DNA of 64,000 nucleotides from Candidatus Aminicenantes bacterium (GCA_963717865.1 CAVQXL010000004.1:941840-1005839), one strand, 5' to 3'; shown: positions 48,753 through 57,802, counted from the stretch's first letter. Notes: a model not told the origin generated them from the letters alone. Numbers and translations: made by a program.

Positions 48753-49651
48753 TGGTCCGGAGATCCCGGGCCGTCCTTGCGCTCGTCGTCGTCGTCGCTT
48801 CGGCGGCGGCGGCAGCGGCGCTTTCCGCGGCGCGGCAGGATACGCCCCCGGGCCCGGTCATCGGGCTCAAGTACAGGTCCCTCAAGCCCGGCGAGGCCAT
48901 CGTCGCCACGCTCGAGAACGGGAAGGGCGTCCGCCGGGCCGTCTTCAGCTTTCGCGGGCGGGACTATGAGCTCGTCAATTCCGCGGGCGCGGACGAGGCT
49001 CTCGTCTTCATCGGCCTCGACCTGGGGACCCCCGCGGGGACCTATCCCTTATCGGTCGCCGTCGAGAGGTCGGGAGGCGCCCGTGAGATCCTGCGCCGGG
49101 ACATCGTGGTCGAAGCCAAGGAGTTCCCGAGCAAGAAGCTCTGGGTCAAGGAGAGCTTCGCCGTCCCCCCGAAGTCCGTCGAGGAACGGATCGCCAGGGA
49201 GGGCGAGCTCGTCGCGGCCGTCTACGCGAGGGTCACGCCCCGCTGGCTGGGCCGTGGGGATTTCGTCCTTCCGCACGAGGGCAAGGCCTTTCCCAACTTC
49301 GGCCAGCGTCGGATCTACAACGACAAGCCGCGCTCGACCCACGCCGGCGTGGATATCGCCGCGCCCATGGGGTCTCCCATCCGGGCCGCCAACGCCGGCA
49401 CGGTCGTCCTGGCCAGCGACCTGTATCTCTCGGGCCGGACCGTCATCATCGAACACGGGCTCGGCGTCTTCAGCTCCTACGGACACATGTCGAAGATCCT
49501 GGTGAAGAGGGGAGCGTCCGTCGGGAAGGGCGATATCCTCGGAAAGGCCGGCTCGACCGGCCGGTCCACCGGCCCCCACCTCCATTGGGCCGTGAGGATC
49601 TACGACGCGCGCGTCGATCCCTTCTCCCTGCTGGGCCTCGGCCTCGAGTAG
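48752..49651 (+). CDS. M23 family metallopeptidase (secreted)
   Basis: ATG 48752 forms a TGATG overlap. It has a signal peptide, HAGVDIAAPMGSPI and GRSTGPHLHWAV. Confidence 0.85.
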   Translation: MVRRSRAVLALVVVVASAAAAAALSAARQDTPPGPVIGLKYRSLKPGEAIVATLENGKGVRRAVFSFRGRDYELVNSAGADEALVFIGLDLGTPAGTYPLSVAVERSGGAREILRRDIVVEAKEFPSKKLWVKESFAVPPKSVEERIAREGELVAAVYARVTPRWLGRGDFVLPHEGKAFPNFGQRRIYNDKPRSTHAGVDIAAPMGSPIRAANAGTVVLASDLYLSGRTVIIEHGLGVFSSYGHMSKILVKRGASVGKGDILGKAGSTGRSTGPHLHWAVRIYDARVDPFSLLGLGLE

Positions 49652-49731
49652 GGGGCTCCGGCCCCCCTGCGGAGTGAGACGCCCGGCCGCGGTTTCCCGT
49701 CATCAACGAGATGGTGTAGACTGGGAGACCC

Positions 49732-51315
49732 ATGCCCGTCCCGAAAAAGATCGAGATCAACGACGAGTTCCGGAAAGCCCTGGAGCTGATGGAAGGGACG
49801 AACAGCCACGTTTTCGTGACGGGGAAGGCCGGGACGGGGAAATCGACGCTCCTCGAGCACTTCCGGACCGTCACGGGAAAGAAGATCGCCGTGCTCGCGC
49901 CGACGGGCGTGGCCGCCCTGAACGTCGACGGCCAGACGGTCCACTCCTTCTGCCGGTTCAAGCCCGGCGTCACCCTCGACACGGTCAAGAAGGCCCGCGG
50001 GGAGGGGGCGGACCTCTACCGGAATCTCGACGCCGTCGTCATCGACGAGATCTCCATGGTCCGGGCCGACCTCCTGGATTGCGTCGAGAAGTTCCTCCGC
50101 CTGAACGGCCGCCGCCCCCGGGCCTGGTTCGGCGGGACGCAGATGATCTTCATCGGCGATCTCTATCAGCTCCCTCCGGTGGTCACGACCCCGGAGAAGG
50201 ACATCTTCTCCGGCCGCTACGAGACGCCGTATTTCTTTTCTTCGAAGATCTTCGCCGAACCGACGTTCGACATGGAGCTCGTCGAGCTCGAAAAGGTCTA
50301 CCGACAGACGGACGCGGAGTTCGTCCGGCTCCTCAACGCCTTCCGGAACGGTTCGGTCACGGCCGAGGACGTCGCCCTCCTCAACGAGAAGCTCGACCCC
50401 GCCTTCACGCCCCCCGACAGGGACTTCTACATCACCCTGACCAGCACGAACGACCTGGCGGGGCAACGGAACCGGGAAAAGCTCGACCGCCTGCGGGGGG
50501 AGACCTGGACCTCGCGCGGCGAGCTCGACGGCGAGTTCGAGCGGTCCTCGCTCCCGGCCGACGAGCTCCTCGAGCTCAAGGCCGGGGCCCAGGTCATGCT
50601 GGTCAACAACGACCGGCAGGGCCGGTGGGTCAACGGGTCCATCGGCAGGGTCGCCGGATTCACCCGGGAGGAAGAGGGACACGACCGCGTCCTCGTCGAG
50701 CTCCGGGACGGACCGACCGTCGAGGTCGAGCCCTGGGTCTGGGAGCTCTTCCGGTACGGCTACGACAAGGAGGCGAACCGGATCTACGCGGAGCCGACCG
50801 GGTCCTTCACCCAGTATCCGCTGAAGCTCGCCTGGGCGGTCACGATCCACAAGAGCCAGGGGAAGACCTTCGACAGGGTCGTCGTGGACATCGGGCGCGG
50901 CACGTTCGCCCACGGCCAGCTCTATGTCGCCCTCAGCCGCTGTACGAACTTCCCGGGCCTCGTCCTCCGGACGCGGGTCGGCAGACAGCACATCCGGCTG
51001 GACTATCGCGTCATCCGTTTCCTGACCAGGTACCAATACCGGAAGGCCGAGGAACGACTCTCCTATGCGGACAAGAAAGCGCTCATCCGGAGGGCCATCA
51101 GGAGCCGCGTCGAGCTGGACATCGTCTATCTGAAGACCGACGATGCCAAAACGCGCCGCCGCATCCGGCCCGAGAGCATCGAGATGATGGAGTACCGGGG
51201 CAAGGCCTTCGAGGGAGTCCGGGCGTTCTGCCACAAGAGGGGAGAGCCCCGGACGTTCCGCATCGACCGGATGCTCGAGGTCGACGAGGTTCGGGCCAGG
51301 GCGTCAAGGGACTGA
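49732..51315 (+). CDS. PIF1-family 5'-3' DNA helicase with C-terminal WYL domain
   Basis: Intact 527-aa ORF with Walker A GKAGTGKST, VVIDEISMV, IFIGDLYQLPPV, VYRQTD, AVTIHKSQGKTF and YVALSRC. The C-terminus is VELDIVYLKTDD..RRRIRPESIE..FCHKRGEPRTFRIDRM (WYL-like). Confidence 0.85.
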   Translation: MPVPKKIEINDEFRKALELMEGTNSHVFVTGKAGTGKSTLLEHFRTVTGKKIAVLAPTGVAALNVDGQTVHSFCRFKPGVTLDTVKKARGEGADLYRNLDAVVIDEISMVRADLLDCVEKFLRLNGRRPRAWFGGTQMIFIGDLYQLPPVVTTPEKDIFSGRYETPYFFSSKIFAEPTFDMELVELEKVYRQTDAEFVRLLNAFRNGSVTAEDVALLNEKLDPAFTPPDRDFYITLTSTNDLAGQRNREKLDRLRGETWTSRGELDGEFERSSLPADELLELKAGAQVMLVNNDRQGRWVNGSIGRVAGFTREEEGHDRVLVELRDGPTVEVEPWVWELFRYGYDKEANRIYAEPTGSFTQYPLKLAWAVTIHKSQGKTFDRVVVDIGRGTFAHGQLYVALSRCTNFPGLVLRTRVGRQHIRLDYRVIRFLTRYQYRKAEERLSYADKKALIRRAIRSRVELDIVYLKTDDAKTRRRIRPESIEMMEYRGKAFEGVRAFCHKRGEPRTFRIDRMLEVDEVRARASRD

Positions 51316-51339
51316 CCCGAATTCGCCGGAGCCCTTCCG

Positions 51340-51364
51340 GGCGGGGCTCAGGGTCAACCCCATA
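51340..51364. repeat. third copy of GGCGGGGCTCAGGGT(C)AACCCCATA
   Basis: This 25-nt copy is identical to 44758-44781 apart from one extra C. It lies 24 nt after the helicase stop and 35 nt before the next -35. Confidence 0.65.
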
Positions 51365-51398
51365 CATCCTCGATACCAGTGTCGGGCAGGCGAAGGGT

Positions 51399-51427
51399 TT
51401 GACAAAGGCCGGGAGGCTTCCTATAGT
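51399..51427 (+). promoter_or_regulatory. sigma70 promoter (TTGACA-17-TATAGT)
   Basis: The -35 is 51399-51404 and the -10 is 51422-51427, 25 nt upstream of ATG 51453. Confidence 0.5.
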
Positions 51428-51452
51428 AGAGGCTCAAAAAAAGGACCCAAGC

Positions 51453-53039
51453 ATGACGATCACGAGCTTTCCCGACGCCGTCCGTAAAGCCTACGCGGCC
51501 GGCCAGGAGGACGAAGCCCTCGAGCCCATCGTCCGGGTGGACGCGGCGGGCCGTCCCGTGGGCAAGATCGCGGCCGGAGATTCCGTCATCTTCTACGACA
51601 TCCGGGGCGAGCGGGAAGTCGAGCTGACGGAAGCCCTCGTCGACCCGGCATTCTCGCATTTTCCCGCCCGCCGTCTCGATCTCAATTTCGTCACGCTCAT
51701 CGAGTACTCGCGGTCCCTGGGCGTCAAGGTCGCCTTCCCGCCCGAGGAGCATCTCAAGAACACCCTGGTCGAGGTCCTCTCGCTCGCCGGCTTCCGAGTG
51801 ATCAAGGTCGCGGAGTCGGAGAAGGCCATCCACGTCGCCTACTTCTTCAACGGCAAGAGCGATACGGTCTTTCCCCGCGAGGAACGGGTGGTCGTCCCGT
51901 CCCCTCAGACCGGAGATTACGCTTCCGTTCCGGCCATGAGCGCCGCGGGCGTCGTCGACGCGGTCGAAAAGGCCCTGGCCGGCAACGGCTCCAAGCTCGT
52001 CATCGCCAACCTCGCCAACGTGGACGTCGTCGGCCACATCGAGGACAAGAAGGCCGTGCTCGAGGCCATCGGGACCGTGGACAAGGCCCTCGGACGGATC
52101 GTGGAGGCCGCCCGGCGGGAGAAGGCCGTCCTCGTCGTCACCGCCGACCACGGGACCGTGGAGGAATGGCTCTACCCGGACGGGACCGTGAACACCGGGC
52201 ACACGAAGAATCCGGTCCCGTTCATCCTGGCCGATCTTTCCGGCGAGCCCGGCGCCGCCGCCCGATTGAGAGCGTCCGGGGAGCTGGCCGACGTCGCCCC
52301 CACGATCCTCGCGCTGGCGGGAGTCGCCGTCCCGCCGGAGATGACCGGCCGGAGCCTCCTCGAGGGCCCGGCGCCGATCGGGCCCCGCCGGAAGATCATG
52401 CTCCTCATCCTCGACGGCTGGGGCCGGCGCGAGGACGCTGTTCGGCAACATGATCCTGGAGGCGGAGACGCCGCATTTCGACGGCCTCTGGTCGGCCTTC
52501 CCGCACGCCGTCCTCGACTCGTTCGGCGAGGCCGTGGGCATGCCGGCCGGAACCGTCGGCAATTCCGAGGCCGGGCATCTCCATCTCGGCGCGGGCCGGC
52601 GCGTCCTCCTCGACCGGGTCAAGATCGACAAGGCCGTCGAGGACGGGACGTTCTTCCGGAACGAAGCGTTCGTCTGGGCGATGGAGCGCGCCCGGGCGGC
52701 CGACCGGGCCCTTCACCTCATGGGCATCGTCTCCCATTACAGCTCGCACGGCACGATCCGCCATCTCTTCGCCCTCCTGCGCATGGCCCGGGACGCCGGG
52801 CCTGAAGGATGTTTTCGTCCACTGCTTCATCGGCCGGCGGGGGGAGAGGCCGGAGAGCGGGGCCATTTATGTGGAGAAGGTCGAGGAGACCTGCCGGGAT
52901 CTCGGCGACGGGCGAGGTCGTGACGGTCATGGGTCGATTCTGGCCCCTGGACCGGGAGGAGAACTGGGACCGCGTCGAAAAAGCCTATCGCGCCCTCGTC
53001 GACGGCGTCGGCACGAGGGTTTCCCGCCGGGACGCGTGA
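51453..53039 (+). CDS. gpmI: cofactor-independent phosphoglycerate mutase homolog with circularly permuted segment order (about three frame changes)
   Basis: The first about 310 codons match the C-terminal part of canonical GpmI (DSVIFYDIRGERE, IKVAESEKAIHVAYFFNG, ANLANVDVVGH, VTADHG, ELADVAPTILALAGV..PEMTGRSLL). The same frame then continues into the canonical N-terminus (KIMLLILDGWG, GMPAGTVGNSEAGHLHLGAGR, LHLMGIVS, GRFWPLDREENWDRVEKAYRAL), ending at TGA 53037-53039. Confidence 0.75.
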
Positions 53040-53077
53040 CGAGGAACTTTTTACGCCGGCTCCCGTAAGACATTAAG

Positions 53078-53992
53078 ATGAGCCTGGAAGTCAACGATAT
53101 CCATTTCAGCTACGGGCCGATCGCCGCCCTCGCCGGCGTGAGCCTCAAGCTCGAGGGCGGCGCCGTGGGGCTCCTGGGGCCGAACGGCGCCGGAAAGAGC
53201 ACGCTCCTCCGCATCCTCCTCGGGTTCCTGACGCCGTCGAAGGGGGAGGGGAGGGTCCTCGGCTACGACATCCGCACCGAAAGGGCGCTCATCCGCCGGT
53301 CGGTCGGCTATATGCCCGAGGACGACTGCTTCATCGTGGGCATGGACGCCGTTTCCTTCACCTCGTATTTCGGCGAGCTCTCGGGCATGCCCCGTCAGGA
53401 AGCCATGAAGAGGGCCCACGAGGTCCTGTTCTACGTCGGGCTCGGCGAATCGCGGTACAGGCTCCTCGACACGTATTCGGCCGGGATGAAGCAGCGGCTG
53501 AAGCTGGCCCAGGCCCTCGTCCACGATCCCAAGCTTCTGTTCCTCGACGAGCCGACGTCCAACCTCGACCCTCACGGCCGCCAGGAGATCCTCGAGCTCA
53601 TCCGGGACATCTCCTCGGCCAAGGACATCCAGGTCCTCGTCTCGTCGCACATCCTGGCCGATATCGAGACCCTCTGCGCCGACGTCGTCATCCTGAACAA
53701 AGGCCAGGTCGCCGCCCAGGGGAGCTCTGGAGAGCCTCCGGGCGATCGACTACAGCCTGTTCGAGGTCCGCGTCAAGGGCGACGAGAGTCTTTTCCGGGG
53801 CGAAGCCGAGAGCTCGGGGATGCCGCGTCGACGAGACCGAGGACGGCATCCTCAAGGTCTATATGCCCGCCGACAAGGACCGGATGGAGATCTTCCGGGC
53901 GGCCGCTGCGGCCGGGGTCGCAGGTCCGTCACTTCGTCAAGAGCCGGACGTCGCTCGAGGACCTCTTCGCCCGGACGGTGGGAGTGGATTGA
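53078..53992 (+). CDS. ABC transporter ATP-binding protein (frameshifted C-terminal third)
   Basis: Walker A GPNGAGKST, signature YSAGMKQRL, Walker B LLFLDEPTSNLD. The corrected tail is ..DGILKVYMPADKDRMEIFRAAAAAGVQVRHFVKSRTSLEDLF. Confidence 0.85.
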   Translation: MSLEVNDIHFSYGPIAALAGVSLKLEGGAVGLLGPNGAGKSTLLRILLGFLTPSKGEGRVLGYDIRTERALIRRSVGYMPEDDCFIVGMDAVSFTSYFGELSGMPRQEAMKRAHEVLFYVGLGESRYRLLDTYSAGMKQRLKLAQALVHDPKLLFLDEPTSNLDPHGRQEILELIRDISSAKDIQVLVSSHILADIETLCADVVILNKGQVAAQGSSGEPPGDRLQPVRGPRQGRRESFPGRSRELGDAASTRPRTASSRSICPPTRTGWRSSGRPLRPGSQVRHFVKSRTSLEDLFARTVGVD

Positions 53993-54867
53993 TGGCGACG
54001 ATCCGCGAGAAGGGCTACACCCACTGGGACGGGACGCTCCAGGAGCGCCGTTTCCCCTGGTGGCCGATCACCCGGACCGGGCATCCTGCTGACGTTCCGG
54101 AAGAAGCAATTCAAGTTCTTCTTCACCTTCGCCTTCGTCCCCGCCCTGGTCTTCCTGGCCGGGATCTATATCTCGGAGCGGCTCGAGGACTTCAAGTTCA
54201 TGTTCAAGGGCTCGGAGAAGTTCATCACCATCAATCCGGCCTACTTCAAGACCTATTTCACGAGCGACTTCCTGCTGTTCATGATGGTCATGATCCTCGT
54301 CTTCGCCGGCGCGGGGCTCATCTCGGACGACCTGAAGCACAATGCCCTCCAGCTCTATTTCTCCCGGCCTCTCGGGAAAAAGGACTACCTGCTGGGCAAG
54401 GCCTCGGTCGTCTTCTTCTTCATCCTCCTCCTGACGCTGGTCCCCGGTCTCCTCTTCATCGTCTTCAAGCTCATCTTCTCCGGGAGCTTCCGGTTCCTGG
54501 CCGAATATCCCTGGCTCATCCTGTCCGTCATCGGCTATTCCGCCCTGCTGACCCTCTTTTTCGCCTGCTACACGCTCCTCCTGTCCGCGCTCAGCAAGAA
54601 CCGGAGGTACGTGACCATCCTCATCTTCGCCGTCTACCTGTTCTCGGACATCCTCTACGGGATCCTGTTCGGCATCTTCCGCAGCCCGTACGTCGCCCTC
54701 TTCAGCCTCAAGGGGAACCTCCAGCAGGCCGGGGCGATGATGTTCGGTCAGAAGCCGCCGTTCGCCTTTCCGGCGTACCTTTCCTTCCTCGTCCTGGCCG
54801 CGATCTGCGCCGTGGCGGCCGCCGTTCTCTGGCGGCGGATCTGCGGAGCGTCGAGGTGGTCCGGTGA
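53992..54867 (+). CDS. ABC-2 type permease (frameshifted)
   Basis: MATIREKGYTHWDGTLQERRFPWWPITRTG.. is followed by six TM segments in ORF 54200-. The 3' end near 54867 is uncertain. Confidence 0.7.
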   Translation: MATIREKGYTHWDGTLQERRFPWWPITRTGHPADVPEEAIQVLLHLRLRPRPGLPGRDLYLGAARGLQVHVQGLGEVHHHQSGLLQDLFHERLPAVHDGHDPRLRRRGAHLGRPEAQCPPALFLPASREKGLPAGQGLGRLLLHPPPDAGPRSPLHRLQAHLLRELPVPGRISLAHPVRHRLFRPADPLFRLLHAPPVRAQQEPEVRDHPHLRRLPVLGHPLRDPVRHLPQPVRRPLQPQGEPPAGRGDDVRSEAAVRLSGVPFLPRPGRDLRRGGRRSLAADLRSVEVVR

Positions 54868-55795
54868 ATCGCCGACGATCGAGACGCGGAACCTCTCCAA
54901 GTGGTACGGGAACGTCCTCGGCCTGAGCGACGTCACGCTGTCCATCGAGCCCGGGATCACCGGCCTGCTGGGGCCCAACGGGGCGGGCAAATCGACCTTC
55001 ATGAAGCTCCTGACCGGCCAGCTCAAGCCCAACATCGGCGACGTCGCGGTCCTGGGCCGCCGGATCCGCAACGCCTATCCTCTGTTCGCCAAGATCGGCT
55101 TCTGCCCGGAATCGGACGCCTTCTACGAGGAGATCACCGGGTGGGAGTTCCTGACTGGGGCTCCTGTCCTTCTACGGCTATTCGCGGGACGAGGCCCGGG
55201 ACCGGGCGACGAAGGCCCTGGACATCGTCGAGCTCACCGCGGACAAGGACCGGAGGATCCGCGGCTACAGCCGGGGCATGCGCCAGCGCATCAAGTTCGC
55301 CCAGGCCATCGCCCATGACCCCGAGATCATCATCCTCGACGAGCCGCTGAGCGGCCTCGACCCCCTGGGCAAGCGGAAGCTCATCCATCTCGTCAAGCAG
55401 TACCGGGACCAGGGCCGGACCATCCTCGTCTCGAGCCACGTCCTGCCGGAGATCGAGGCCATGACGTCGCGGATCATCCTCATCCACCAGGGGAAGATCC
55501 TGGCCCAGGGCGACATCCATTACATCCGCGACCTCATCGAGACGCATCCGCACGTCATCTCGATCAGGTGCGACGATCCCCGCGCCCTGGCCGCCCGGTT
55601 CGTGAACGGAACCCTACGTCCAGAACCTGAGCTTCGGGCCGGACGCGGACGGCCTCGTCGTCGAGACCCACAACCGGGACGCCTTCTTCGGCCGGCTCGA
55701 ACGCCGTCATCCTGGAGGGGGGCGTCCGCGTCGACGAGATCACCTCGCCCGACGACAACCTTCAGGCCGTGTTCGATTACCTGGTGGGGAAATGA
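54850..55795 (+). CDS. ABC transporter ATP-binding protein (frameshifted; start uncertain)
   Basis: IETRNLSKWYG, GPNGAGKST, YSRGMRQRIKFAQA and IIILDEPLSGLD are present. The corrected C-terminus is ..DEITSPDDNLQAVFDYLVGK, ending at TGA 55793-55795. Confidence 0.8.
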
Positions 55796-55796
55796 C

Positions 55797-56572
55797 ATGC
55801 TGAGAACCGTCCGCGAAGTCGCCGCGTTCTTCTTCTTCCTCGGGCGGAGGGCCCGGAAGATCCGGGCGTTCATCCTGCTCGGCCTGCTCCCGGTCGCCCT
55901 GGCGATCATTGGTGCAGGATCGTCTTCACCCACCGCTCGAGCGAGGTGATGTCCGTGTTCCAGGACATCCTGATGATCTACGACCTGCAGTTCCTGGTCG
56001 GTCATCCTGACGCTGTTCTACGGGACGTCGGTCTGCTCCGAGGAGATCGAAGGGAAGACCCTGCCGTACCTGACCACCCGGCCGCTCTCCAAGGCCGGCA
56101 TCGTCCTGGGGAAATTCGCCGCCTATACGGCCCTGGCTCTCTCATCGTGGGACTGAGCCTGGCGGCATCCTACCTCATCATGAACGGGCGCCGGCTCGGA
56201 CGAGCTGTCAGCCTGGACGGCCCTCCTGCGCTATGCCGGGGTCCTCTTCCTCGGGCTGATGGCCTATATGGCCCTCTTCACGTTCCTCGGCACCCTTCTG
56301 AAGAGGTCCATCCTGATCGGGCTGGCCTTCGGATTCGGCTGGGAAACCGTGATCCAGTACTTTCCCGGATCGACCCAGCGCTTCTCGATCGTCCACTACC
56401 TCAAATCGCTGCTGCCCGTACTACTCGCCGGGGAAGTATCTCGATCCTGACGTTCCGGCTGGAGCCGACGGGCCCGGCGACGGCGGTCCTCGCCCTCATC
56501 CTGATCACGGCCGTCTTCCTGGGGCTGGCCTGCCTGGTCTTCAGTCTGAAAGAATATATGTTCGAGGATTAA
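55797..56572 (+). CDS. ABC-2 type permease (frameshifted)
   Basis: MLRTVREVAAFFFFLGRR.., EEIEGKTLPYLTTRPLSK, ..LIGLAFGFGWETVIQYFPG.. and ..LACLVFSLKEYMFED are spread across three frames. Confidence 0.65.
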
Positions 56573-57631
56573 CCCTCGGGCTCTTCCGCAGGCTCTTCGT
56601 TCGGTACCTCGGCAGGCTCCTCGACCGCAGTCCCTTCGTGGGGCTTCATCATGCCTTCGACCTTCTGCGCGGCCGACTTCGAGAGCCGTTCGAGGACGTC
56701 CTCCGGCAGGCCGGCGGCGATCTTGACGAAATCGGCTCCCGAGGAGATCTCGATCCGGTTCAGGAGCTCGCCGACGTCGGGGTTCTTGGCCGCGGCCCCG
56801 GCCCCCAGGGCCTTGAAGCCGGTCAGCATATCGGCCAGCTGCTTGTTCTTCGCCGCTTCCCCGCCCTGGGTCTTGATCTCCAGGAGGAACGTCTTGTCCT
56901 TGTAGTCGAAGAAGAAGGTCATGGCCTTGATGCCCTCGAGGCTGCTCATCATCGGGTTGGACTGGGCGAGCTTCTTCGTCGCTTCCTCGGGGATGGCGAA
57001 GGCGCTCCAGACCAGGGCGCCCTTGTTCGCGGTCCCGATGATCGCGGCCAGGGCGTCGTTCTTGAGGACGCTCTCGGCTTTCTTCTGCTGGACGTCGATG
57101 ACCTGCCGGACCATCGCGTCGGTGCCGAACGCAGCCGTGGAGGCGTCGAGGAACGCGCCGGAGGCGGGGGGCTTGCCGGGCTCGGACTTGACCCCGGAGT
57201 AGATGGTGACCCCGTTGTAGACGTCTTCCTTGATCTCGGCCTTACCGTCCTTCTTCAGCTTGGCCAGGAGAAGGTCCTTGTCGTACTTCATCCTGACGAC
57301 GACGGCCGCTTCCTGTTTCATGCCTTCGGCCGATCCGGCTACGCCCACGGCGACGAAGTAGATGTCCTTCTGCGGATCGATGCCGGTCTCCTTGATGAAT
57401 TCCTGGTATTTCTGATAGTTCTTGTCCTCTTTGATCGCCTTGTCGGCGAACGGCAGTGGCCATGGCCCGGTGGACGTCGACGACGACGACCCCCTGGGAG
57501 CTCTTGGGAAGAAGCTCGAGGGCGGCCTTGGCGTCGGCCGTCCCGCCCTGCGGGCCTTCCTTCTTGCCGCAGGCGGTGAACGAGAACAGAACGAGCGAAA
57601 TGACGATCCCGAATGTCGCGAGTTTTTTCAT
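56569..57631 (-). CDS. lipoprotein, hypothetical (one or two frame changes near 57400-57500)
   Basis: ATG 57631 gives MKKLATFGIVISLVLFSFTACGKK (lipobox) after a GGAGGA Shine-Dalgarno. The body is in ORF 56569-57348. I recognise no family. Confidence 0.6.
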
Positions 57632-57662
57632 GAGATATCCTCCTCTTCGAGTCCTCGGATGG

Positions 57663-57692
57663 ACTATAGCAGAATCGGGAAGGTCAATGCAA
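57663..57692 (-). promoter_or_regulatory. sigma70-like promoter (TTGCAT-18-TATAGT) for the lipoprotein gene
   Basis: On the minus strand the -35 is 57692-57687 and the -10 is 57668-57663. Confidence 0.4.
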
Positions 57693-57802
57693 GACGAGTG
57701 TTTCGGCGGGTCCGGGGCGGCGGCGGGCGGAATTATTTCATTTGATTTTCCCCCGGCGTTCGCATTACCTTGGAATCCATGAAACGGAGGGAAGGAGTGC
57801 CC

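Noticed and set aside
49600-51234. 544-aa minus-strand ORF
   Set aside because: It is antisense to the intact PIF1-WYL helicase gene, with a low-complexity D/E/R/G/P translation.
49674-52805. 1043-aa ORF on the plus strand, the longest in the track
   Set aside because: It is a chimera. From 49674 to about 51450 it is an out-of-frame Arg/Pro/Gly-rich read-through of the PIF1 helicase gene. Only the part from ATG 51453 is real (the mutase homolog), and that gene leaves this frame near 52440.
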